A stretch of 63,580 nucleotides of DNA, counting the filler, from Craspedostauros australis (taxonomy: Eukaryota), in NCBI GenBank assembly GCA_030167865.1. It is 8 parts of 8 records of this genome, joined end to end, with 100 filler letters (N's around TTAATTAATTAA, not from the genome) between each part and the next. Parts side by side here need not be neighbours in the genome. Positions count along the whole stretch, not along the records: positions 23,221 to 37,326 come from JALAGF010003323.1; 7 more parts are not named here. One strand, 5' to 3'. Below are positions 23,312-32,703 of the stretch, piece by piece; position 1 is the stretch's first letter; each line of letters starts with the position of its first letter. Position numbers and translations under genes: made by a program. The notes below the pieces were generated by a model that did no database searches, was not told the origin of the DNA, and saw nothing but the letters and a program-made list of their open reading frames with translations.

Positions 23312-24409
23312 TCACCAACCTCCATCGACCTTGATGATGACACGACCCTTCTTTCCATTCTCCATCTGACGTGCCATCGCCTCGTCCACGTCCTTTGCCA
23401 TGAACTCCGAGTCGATGTCGATCTTCAAGATACCATCTTGCATCAACTCAAGAATGTGTTCGAGGTTCTCCTTCTTGGAGTTGCAGGCCACCCAACGGAA
23501 GGTCTGCGAGGAAATCAGAGACGCCAACCAGCTTGTCAGCATGTACTCGAAGGTGGGTATGGTCTGGACGAAGGCGCCAGTCTTTGGCTTGAGGAGGCTG
23601 CGGACGGACCAAGACCAGAAGCTGTTCTGCGTTGGAGTATCGAACAGGATATCGATCTTGTGCTTCATTCCCAAGGTGCGCTCGATGTACTTGAGCGGAT
23701 TAGAGTGCTCCTTGCGATCCACGACCACGTCGGCTCCGAATGCGCGCACGCGCTTCACATCTCTGGTGCTGCAGATGGCAATCACTTGTGCTGCGCCGAG
23801 GCCCTTTGCGATGCCCACAGCAGCGCTTCCCACGCCGCCGCCGGCACCAACGATGAGAACCGTCTTGCCCTTCGCCATGCCTCCGAGGTCGACCAAGGAC
23901 TGGTATGCGGTGATGGCCTCAGTGCTGGCCGCTGAAGCCACCTTGGGCTCGATCTTCTGCTGAGCACCACCAGCCGAGGACTTTGGCTGCAGCTTGGCGC
24001 AATCGTTGGAGCTCACAACGATGTACTCAGCGAGTGCTCCTTGCTTCTGTGTTGGCTCATACTGCAAGTGACCGAACACGGTGTCGCCTACTTTGAGGGT
24101 AGTGGACTTGGTGGTATCGCCATCAGTCTCACTCTCAGACTTAGGTGCAGCGGTGCTGACGTCTGCGACGATGCCGGCGTAGTGATACCCGATCAGCAAG
24201 GGGTCAGCCTTCAAGTCATGGACGAAACCTCCCACTATGGTTTGTTCGCAAATGTCAGGTGTCGCGGTATCCAATGCCGAGTACAGCACCTTGACGAGGA
24301 CATTGCCATCCTTCACGTTGGAATCCTCGAGGCTGGGCTTGGGGATCTCGATCTGTTGCATCTTCTTTGCCTTGCGGTTGAATTCGATAGCTTTCATCAT
24401 AATACTCAT
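23312..24409 (-). CDS. Medium-chain dehydrogenase/reductase, NAD(P)H:quinone oxidoreductase-like (RTN4IP1/ceQORH-type)
   Basis: VLVKV..., LKVGDTVFG, GALAEYIVV, TAYQSL, the nucleotide-binding VLIVGAGGGVGSAAV, FGADVVVD and a C-terminal GRVII. Likely start MSIMMKAIEF. Confidence 0.88.
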   Translation of the reverse strand: MSIMMKAIEFNRKAKKMQQIEIPKPSLEDSNVKDGNVLVKVLYSALDTATPDICEQTIVGGFVHDLKADPLLIGYHYAGIVADVSTAAPKSESETDGDTTKSTTLKVGDTVFGHLQYEPTQKQGALAEYIVVSSNDCAKLQPKSSAGGAQQKIEPKVASAASTEAITAYQSLVDLGGMAKGKTVLIVGAGGGVGSAAVGIAKGLGAAQVIAICSTRDVKRVRAFGADVVVDRKEHSNPLKYIERTLGMKHKIDILFDTPTQNSFWSWSVRSLLKPKTGAFVQTIPTFEYMLTSWLASLISSQTFRWVACNSKKENLEHILELMQDGILKIDIDSEFMAKDVDEAMARQMENGKKGRVIIKVDGGW

Positions 24410-25898
24410 TGTTGTCGTTGTTGTTGTTGTTGTCGTCGTCGTCGGTGTTGCTTTTGATTTTAATTGTTGTTGGTCTTGTTGTTTGCTTGATTGCAGTTGT
24501 TTGGAATTGGCTTTTATGAGAAGAAGGAGGAGGAAGTGGAGGTGGTCGAGAAGGAAGTCGGCGTAGAGGAAGTGGAGCACATGTCTCTACTCGCAGCGTG
24601 TCTTGGGATCCTCGACACAAAGTCGATCGAAATGACATGAGTTGATGTGAGTTGAGCTGGGTCGGCCTGGGTGGAGTTCTCATGTCGTAGGATACTCCTC
24701 AGGAATTGCTTCCATTGACGAACAAAAACGACGCCATTCGCAACGAACGTAGTGGAGCAACCGATGAGAACAAAAATGAACAAATTAGAGAGAATCCACG
24801 CTTACAAATTCAAGGATTGTGCAGACGTGTTGCGCGTGAATCGTGTTGCCGCATGGGTGACATCAGCGCACAAATGATACCGCGATGGCGCAACCTGCTG
24901 ATGAGTGCCAATCGGATACGCCGACGTTGCTGGAAAGAGTTCTCGTATGCCTGCATGCATGATGCACACATGCATTCGTCGGAGCACGAGGAAAGGAGAG
25001 ATTTGGATTCTTCTTCTCCTCCGGAGCGAAGTGACAAACTAAGATCTGGCGTGCGAGAGCAACGAGGAAGAGCGAGACGTTTTGAGGTTTGACCAGAATG
25101 GTTTGAACTCACAAACAGACAAGAGTAGTAGACATACACATCTTCAAACAGACATACGGCTACCAAAATGGAAACATACACATCTCGGCATAGAATGAAA
25201 CGAGAGTAGAATTGGAATGAGGACACAAACACACAACAGACCCAGATCTCCGTCGCACCAATGCATTGATGAGGCATTCTGGAGAGAGCTACGCTGGTGA
25301 CAACTCTTGACACGCCAGCATCTTGCAATCGCGACCGCATTGCTTTCGAAGGCCTTGATGCCACCATCGGCCACTGGTTTCAGTATCTAACGCAATACCT
25401 CTTCCAAAAAGAATTATCGAAACCATCGAAACCTATCACTTCTCAAGAATTGCAACGAAGTAAGAACATGGTTTTATCGTTTTTACCCATGCATCGCCAT
25501 CTAGTTCCAACTGGCGCGATGCGCAATGCCACCAATGCCCATGGAGTGACGAGAGTGCACTGAAATGCCTGGCTGCGCTTGCGGGGAGAGTGCACGTGCA
25601 TTGCCGTGTTCGTACTCGTACCAGACCAGCCGGTTCAAATCGATTTACAAGTACGAAGGCCAATGCAACCGGGCACAAGAAGGGAAGGCACGGCCTGTCC
25701 CGCCACGTGCGAGCGTGATACGGCGCTGTGTAAATTTGAAGTGTTACGGACATGGTTGTTTTGAGGATTTCGTCTAGGTTCGTCCCTGTGCTGTTGCTGG
25801 CATCTGGTTTGCTGCTCGTGTGATGACAATTCCTGCTCACGGATACTTCACGTACGAGTCCAAGGAAGATTGCTTGCTCAGAGCTTCGAATTCGGCCT

Positions 25899-27416
25899 TC
25901 ACAGACTTGGCTCGACCGGCGCAGCGCCCATGAGGGGAGAGTGCTTGGCACCAGTGGCCTGCGGGGCTGTGCCCCATACACCCATGGTGACGAGCTCCTC
26001 GGATGCGGTTGGGTGGATTGCGATGGAGGAGTCAAAGTCGCTCTTCGTGGCACCCATCTTCATCGCGACGCCGAAGCCCTGGAGCATCTCGTCGGATCCC
26101 ATTCCGATGACGTGCAGTCCGACGACGACCTCGTCCTTGCCGGCCGTGATGAGCTTCATGACCGTCTGCGGCTTGTCCTTTGACTCCATCGCGAAGACGC
26201 CGTAGTAGAGATTTGGGAATTTGGAACGGTACGACTTGATGTTGTCCTTGCCGAACTTTTTCGTTGCCTCTGCTTCGGTCATTCCGATCGTGCCGATGGT
26301 GGGGTGCGAGAAGACGACAGTCGGGACCAGTTCGTAGGACGTCTTGCTGTCTGACTTGACACCGAAGATGCGGTCCGACAATCGGCGCCCCGCGGCGATC
26401 GCCATGGGCGTGAGCAGGACCTTGCCACAGACATCACCCAGCGCGAAGATGTTGTCGACGGCGGTGTTCTGGAATTCATCGACCTCGATGAACTTGAGCG
26501 AAGCTCCCTCCTGGAGCTTGACTCCCACCTTGTCCAGGTTCAGCGTTTCCGTGTTTGGCAATCGGCCCGGCGCCATCAGCACGACGTCCACACCCGGGAT
26601 GGATTCACCCTTGTGGACGTGCACGGTCTTTGTGTTGCTGCCGTCGGTGGACAGGTCGATGGCCTTGACGCCCATGGTGTCACGATGCACCGTGATGCCC
26701 TGGCGCTGCATCTCGGCATCGAGGTGGTTGGAGATATCGTCGTCGAAGTTGCGGAGGGCCTTGGCCTTGCGGACGACGAGATGCGTGTCGGTGCCGAGTC
26801 CGTTGAGGACGCCCGCCAATTCCACGGCGATGTATCCGGCGCCGACGACGACCGCCTTCTTGGGAAGGTCCTCCAGTTCGAAGAAGCCGTCGCTGGAGAT
26901 GGCGTGCTCCATGCCGGGCGTGTCCATGGGCAGACCAGGACGTCCGCCGGTGGCGATGATGATCTTGTCGGCGGTCATGGTGAGCTTGCCGTCCTTGCCG
27001 ACATCCGAGGCAGAGTCCTTGAGCGTGACCTCGATGGTGTGGGGATCCACGAAGGTGGCATCTCCCTCCACGCTGGTGATGTTCGCCCTGTCGAGGCCGC
27101 CGCTGTAGATGCCATTGAGCTTGACGATGTACTTGTCGCGGCGTTCCTTCAGCGCCTTCCAGTTGTGCTTGACGTTGGGCTGCTCGAATCCGTACTGCGT
27201 GGCATCGTGCTTCATCATCTCGGCCATGCTGGCTGCCATGAACATGACCTTCTTCGGCACGCAGCCGACGTTGACGCAGGTTCCTCCCCATCTGGCGCGT
27301 TCAACGACGGCGACTTTCTTGCCGTGCTGCTGGGCTGCGCGCTTGGCGGCAGCGAGGCCGCCGCTGCCTCCTCCGAGGACGAGGAGGTCGTATTCGTAGC
27401 TGCTGTTGCTGGTCAT
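25899..27416 (-). CDS. GSR: Glutathione reductase with no N-terminal targeting peptide
   Basis: GGGSGG FAD motif, GGTCVNVGCVPKK redox disulfide, GAGYIAVE, LTPMAIAAGR, VPTVVFSHP and IHPTASEE. Confidence 0.96.
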   Translation of the reverse strand: MTSNSSYEYDLLVLGGGSGGLAAAKRAAQQHGKKVAVVERARWGGTCVNVGCVPKKVMFMAASMAEMMKHDATQYGFEQPNVKHNWKALKERRDKYIVKLNGIYSGGLDRANITSVEGDATFVDPHTIEVTLKDSASDVGKDGKLTMTADKIIIATGGRPGLPMDTPGMEHAISSDGFFELEDLPKKAVVVGAGYIAVELAGVLNGLGTDTHLVVRKAKALRNFDDDISNHLDAEMQRQGITVHRDTMGVKAIDLSTDGSNTKTVHVHKGESIPGVDVVLMAPGRLPNTETLNLDKVGVKLQEGASLKFIEVDEFQNTAVDNIFALGDVCGKVLLTPMAIAAGRRLSDRIFGVKSDSKTSYELVPTVVFSHPTIGTIGMTEAEATKKFGKDNIKSYRSKFPNLYYGVFAMESKDKPQTVMKLITAGKDEVVVGLHVIGMGSDEMLQGFGVAMKMGATKSDFDSSIAIHPTASEELVTMGVWGTAPQATGAKHSPLMGAAPVEPSL

Positions 27417-28239
27417 CTTGTGGTATCTTTGCTTCTGTGCGATTGTGCGTTTGTGCTGTTGTATTTATGGTTGTGTTTGTGGTTGTTCGCTTTTTCCTCT
27501 TTGGATTTTATGTCTTTGATGTGCTGGTTGTTAATGCTTTGTGGTGTTGTTGGTGGTCGTTGGTGGTCGTTGTTGTTGGTGTGTTTGTTCCTGTTTGGAT
27601 TTTGTGGCAGAAGAGGTATCAGCAGAACACAAACGCACGCATCTGTTCTGTTTGATGTGATGTGTTTTGGGCACAATTGCAAGCGGGGAACTGAAAAGAA
27701 AACACAAGCGGGAAAGGCGAGGCGAGAAGCGAACAGAAGGGAAAGATCATGGAGGAATTGTGTCGAACGTCTGGCGCATCTTTCCTGAGCAAAGATCCTG
27801 TCTCGTCCAATCAGATCGCATTATGTGAAGCTGCTCAGGCTGACATTTTATCCGAACTCAACGGCCTATTTCAATCGAGATACCACTCACGGCCACAATA
27901 ATACCACAACTATAGTACATTGCACATATCGAACGGACAAGGTCTTTTTCTGTGGATCTCGGCGTAGACGTCAATCAACAGGTCACCGTTGCGGGTGGGA
28001 AGTCAATGCAAGGTGAGGGAGAGGAGATGCCATGGCTCTCCTCAGAATGACAAACAGACCAGGGAGAGGGCACTTAGCATGGCACAAGGAGCGGATGGAT
28101 CCGATCGTTGCCAGGAGTTGGTATTGGTTGTGCCTTCAAAATTCTTCTACTCTCTAAATTAATGCTGTTGCTGCTGCAATTTGTACACCACCTTGCGCTG
28201 CACATGCCTCTCCGCGCCCGCGCCGTGCATGCCGCTCGC

Positions 28240-28926
28240 CTATTCGACACCATCCGCCGCCGCCGGCGCCTCAACGAGCAGACCAATCTCGTACTGCACG
28301 GCGGTCTTGAGTGTGGACTTGGCATGATGCACCTGAAAGGATTGGGTGGCGTCCGTACCACAGCGCGACGAGATGAAGAACTCGCCGCCTTCATGCTTGC
28401 TCGCGAATGCGGTGAGATCGTAGACCGTGCCATGGATGGCAAGCCAGCAATCGCGGTAGGAGTCGTGCAATTCGAGCTGCTGCGTCGTGAAGGTGGGCGC
28501 GTCGTCCTCTTCGATGACGGATTTTGGCTGATGCTGGTTTGTGGGCCACACGAAGCCCTCGTGTTCGAGCGCGATGTAGGCGAGAGCAGCGGCGGCCGCG
28601 ACGAGGAGCAGACCGATGACGAGCGCGCATATCCGATAGAACCGCGTGGGTCGCAGCCGTCTGGGCGTTGTCTTTGTGGTTGGCGCGCCATTGTCTATGC
28701 TGGTGTCGGCATGTTTGTTGCGGACGACTTCCACGTCTTCTTCCTGTTGCATGCACTTGGTGGCTGCCACAATCGCGCAGGCATGAGCGGCGCTGGTGTT
28801 GCCATTGCTGCATGGCAGTCCGCTTTCTGGGTCGACGTTGACGCTGGCGGCGCCTGCCACGTAGATGCTGTTGTCCAGCTCATCGACGATGGCCGTGCGT
28901 TCCGTGTTGTTGGGTAAGCCCGTCAT
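28240..28926 (-). CDS. Cytochrome b5-domain protein with a single TM helix before the C-terminal b5 domain; an alternative start at 29127 adds an S/N tract
   Basis: FTTQQLELHDSYRDCWLAIHGTVYDLTAFASKHEGG...GTDATQSFQVHH, with both haem His present. TM segment ICALVIGLLLVAAAAALAYIAL. Confidence 0.85.
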   Translation of the reverse strand: MTGLPNNTERTAIVDELDNSIYVAGAASVNVDPESGLPCSNGNTSAAHACAIVAATKCMQQEEDVEVVRNKHADTSIDNGAPTTKTTPRRLRPTRFYRICALVIGLLLVAAAAALAYIALEHEGFVWPTNQHQPKSVIEEDDAPTFTTQQLELHDSYRDCWLAIHGTVYDLTAFASKHEGGEFFISSRCGTDATQSFQVHHAKSTLKTAVQYEIGLLVEAPAAADGVE

Positions 28927-28928
28927 TG

Positions 28929-29100
28929 TGTTGCTGTTGCTGTTGCTGCTATTGTTGCTGCTGTTGCTGCTATTGCTGTTGCTGCTATTGCTGTTGCTGC
29001 TATTGCTGTTGCTGCTATTGCTGTTGCTGCTATTGCTGTTGCTGTTGCTGTTGCTATGGTTGCTGCTGCTGCTATTGCTGCTGCTGTTGCTATGGTTGTT
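28929..29100. repeat. Compound trinucleotide microsatellite (GCT/GTT/ATT units)
   Basis: About 170 bp of gctattgctgttgct-type units. Confidence 0.9.
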
Positions 29101-30801
29101 GTGATTTGTGATTTGTGATTGTGACATGTATTGTATTATGCTCGCCTCGTCCTAGTACTGGTGCTTGAACGCAGATGGTCACAAAGTGATGGCAAACAAG
29201 GATGGAGGTTGGAGCGATTAGTGTGGCAATGATGTTGCCTCTTGATCGTGTTGATTCTACAGCGCAAAAGGATGGTTTATGAGAGCAGGCGTTCGGAATA
29301 CTGTACGAGTACTTTTAACCAGTACTGCGTTCGTGATGTTTGTGCGTGCACACAGTCACAACGCATTTTTGGCGGTTGACAACCGCGAATCGGCCAACGC
29401 GCTGTGCAGGAAGACAAGAGAGCATGTGCGTCTCGGAGCGAGTGTGTTTTTCTGTGCTTGAACTGTTCCTGTGGCTGAGGTCGTGTTCGCGGCGAAACCC
29501 AGAACAGTCATGCATTCATCGCGTTGTCACTCACGCGACACTGTTCAAGGGTGCTAGCAGCTTTGAAATGACCGGCGTCATAAGTATTGTGACGAAGAAG
29601 GTGAACGGCAAGACACTCGGGCAAGTCGGCGCTGTGTCCGTCGTTCGTTGTTGCGGAAAGAACAATTAAGTGCGTTCCAAGGTCGGGCGCAAGACAGAAA
29701 GGAGATCTCTGCCACAACGGACATTACGGCAGCATGAGACATAAAGACGAATGTGACTCTATGTCTTTGCTTCGTCATGGCAGGCTGCGAGTAGTTGTGC
29801 TGACAAAGGCGACGCCATGGTTGCACGAACAGAACAAGAAAAGAAGACCAAGACCAAGAACAGCGCAAGAAGAGTGACACTTGACACACAACCAGCAAAA
29901 GCAAAGAGCAAACAGCTGCATCAAAAGCAAGACGACCAAGACAACGATAGCGATAACGATAACATCGACGAGATCCACATTGAGGGGATCAAGAGACAGC
30001 GCAATCTCTCAACCAATGGACACCATACCTAAATAGTGGTGGACATTCGACATTCCACACTCTACTTGAATTACCATCAAGAGATCGTCCCGCACCGCAG
30101 CTGACCTTGGACTGTTCAACCAGTTGTTCACGGCACAGGGCGACATTGCAATCGACGGCAGAGGGCATCCCATCGCAGCATTGCCGCTCCTCTCACCATT
30201 CTTGCTCGCACTCGATCAGCGGAGACTCCATCGCAGCAACACCAGATACATAGACACAGGCAGAGAGACAGAGAGAGGCATCAACGAGTCCGCAACACAG
30301 AAAACTGCATCACGGGCATCCCCTCTCCTTGGTCTTCGCAAAGGGTGACCATCCCATTCCTGTTTCCATTCGCTCGTGGTGTGTGACTGGCACATCCGGC
30401 AGCTGAGCACAGCTGAGCACAGTTCTCACCGTCCCACTCTCCTGTACTCAATGGTGCTTGGCTTCATCGCACTCCGTCTCATTCCATTGATCTGCAAACC
30501 ATCGACTGTGAATCATCCAGCAGGAGGCGTTCGAGTCCCAACAACTGGCCAGCGAGGATCCGACACATATCATATCATATCATATCATATTAGATCGTGC
30601 GAGTGCGAGTACAACTGCTCAAGAGGTTGTGGAGCATCAATCGCGCTCTCCCACAAGTGAGGAACCAACACAAGGAGAGTGCTCACATCCACATCCACGT
30701 CAACAACACCACCATTGGCAGCATCAACAGCAACAACATCAAAGGCATCAACAACATCCATCCAAGCAAACCCAAGCAAAAGCAAACAAGGAAGAGCAAA
30801 G

Positions 30802-32703
30802 ATGACAACGGAAAAGACCCTGAAACGGACGATGACGCCGACGTTCCTGATGGAGGCCCCGCTGTTCCGCACGCTGCTGTTCCACCCGATGCTGGCCTGG
30901 CTGTTCGTCCCCATCGGCAACGCCGTCATGTTCGTGCGGAGGATGCTGGCACCGCCCTTCCGAGTGCGACTGCTGCCGCACTGGCTCGGCAGGTTCAAGA
31001 CCAACGCGGTCCTCGCGCCCATCCTTCGCATGCTGGACTGGACGGTAGGGCAGCTGCTGCTCGTCGCGCCGCTCGCCGTCGCCTTCCTCCTGTGCCTGCA
31101 CTACACGGTCGGCAGCGACGACACCCTCAAGAGCGTGCCCGAATCCGGCAAGCTCACGATGGTGGGCATGGCCTACGTCTTCCTCACGGCCAGCAAGTCC
31201 AACTCCATCCTCGCTGTCGCGTTTGGCGTTCCGGCCGACCGCCTCGTCGCCATCCACAGGTTGGCGGCCTTGGTCACCATCGCGATGGCCGTCTGTCACT
31301 TGTCCGTGGCCTACGAACTGCGGTCCACCATGGTCGTGCCAGCGGCGGCGCCGGCAGATACCAGCACCAGCAGCGATCAGCAGGAGGCCACGGAAGTCAA
31401 GCAGGCGCTGGGAGAGTTCCTGCTGCAGCGCGATGCCGTCAACACCTCGGGCGCCGTCGTCGTCCTCTTCATCATCATCCTCATCGCCACGAGCTACTTC
31501 ACGGCGGCGCTGCGCACGTATGCCTACCAGACATGGTACACCCTGCACATGCTGCTGCCCGCCGGCATCCTCATCGGCCTCGGCATTCACGACCGCGTCG
31601 GCGGTCTGCTCGCGTTCCTCGTCGCTTGGTGGGGCATGGACCTCATCTTCCGCTACGCCTTACCTCGTTACCGCGGCAACACCTGCGTCAACGCCACCCT
31701 GCGCCCAATGGGCATGCGCGGCGCATCGCAGCGACCGCATGAGCCGGCCATCGAAATCACGATGCAGGCCTTCGACTTCCTGCCAGGACAGCACGTCAAG
31801 ATCTGCGTGCCGGCCATCAGCCTCTTCGAGTACCACGCCGTGTCCATCTCGTCGGCGCCGCACGACCCCTTGACCGTGCATTTCCGCGCGCGCGGCGATT
31901 GGACGCGCAAATTGCTGAAGCTGGCGCAATCGCGGCAGACGACGACGGTGTGGCTCGAAGGTCCCTACGGCGCGCTCTCCTTCGATGCGGGCCACAAAGT
32001 GTTTGTCCTCGTCAGCGGCGGCATCGGCGTCACGCCGTGTCGATCGTTGGCGCGGTACTTGCTGCAGCGGCAGCAGCGCGACGGCGACGCATTCCGGTCC
32101 ATCAAGTTCGTTTGGGCCGTGCGCAGTACCAAGATGGTGCGGGATCTGCCGCCGTTGGAGCCGAACGAGGACGATGTTGCGGCAAAGAGTCTCGCGTCGG
32201 ATCGATCGAGCGGTTCTCATGATGATGTTGTTCCGGAACAGGCGGGCGGCCACCGCAGCAGCCAAGTCCAGTCGCAGACGATAACGCAGAGGAACAAAGG
32301 CACCTGCGACAACAAGAGCGGCGGCGAATGCGCAGCAAAACTTGGCAAGGCGAACGTGGACGTGGATATCTATTGCACACGATTGAAGCAAGACGCGTCC
32401 AGCCATTTCCTTACGCCCGACATGGCGCAGAATGGACACACGTTGCGTTCGCACCGATCGCGCCGATTCTACGACATGACGACGACCGTCTACCATGCAC
32501 GTCCCGATCTCGATGCCATCCTGCAGCAGGCGCAGAAGGAGGCGGTGGAAGTCCACGGCGAGAACAGGATTGCCGTCCTGGGTTGCGGACCGCCGTCGCT
32601 CATGAAGGACCTCGAGGCCAGCTGTCATGCGCATGGGGCGTCGACGTTGGGTGGCACCAATTCGGTATTCATCGATCTTCACATCGAGTCGTTCGACATG
32701 TGA
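30802..32703 (+). CDS. FRE: Ferric reductase / NADPH-oxidase superfamily flavocytochrome
   Basis: Paired haem His (IHRL...VCHL and LHML...GIH), FLPGQHVKI, HAVSISSAP (FAD), WLEGPYG, VSGGIGVTP, CGPPSL and a terminal ESF. No EF-hands. Confidence 0.92.
   Translation: MTTEKTLKRTMTPTFLMEAPLFRTLLFHPMLAWLFVPIGNAVMFVRRMLAPPFRVRLLPHWLGRFKTNAVLAPILRMLDWTVGQLLLVAPLAVAFLLCLHYTVGSDDTLKSVPESGKLTMVGMAYVFLTASKSNSILAVAFGVPADRLVAIHRLAALVTIAMAVCHLSVAYELRSTMVVPAAAPADTSTSSDQQEATEVKQALGEFLLQRDAVNTSGAVVVLFIIILIATSYFTAALRTYAYQTWYTLHMLLPAGILIGLGIHDRVGGLLAFLVAWWGMDLIFRYALPRYRGNTCVNATLRPMGMRGASQRPHEPAIEITMQAFDFLPGQHVKICVPAISLFEYHAVSISSAPHDPLTVHFRARGDWTRKLLKLAQSRQTTTVWLEGPYGALSFDAGHKVFVLVSGGIGVTPCRSLARYLLQRQQRDGDAFRSIKFVWAVRSTKMVRDLPPLEPNEDDVAAKSLASDRSSGSHDDVVPEQAGGHRSSQVQSQTITQRNKGTCDNKSGGECAAKLGKANVDVDIYCTRLKQDASSHFLTPDMAQNGHTLRSHRSRRFYDMTTTVYHARPDLDAILQQAQKEAVEVHGENRIAVLGCGPPSLMKDLEASCHAHGASTLGGTNSVFIDLHIESFDM

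Noticed and set aside
24410..24580. Hydrophobic N-terminal extension of the QOR-like ORF
   Set aside because: Non-ATG start and low-complexity UTR-like sequence.
25899..25910. GSR C-terminal PSL as a peroxisomal PTS1
   Set aside because: Non-canonical tripeptide that cannot be supported from sequence alone.
28865..29111. Poly-Leu and poly-Cys ORFs
   Set aside because: Alternative readings of a microsatellite.
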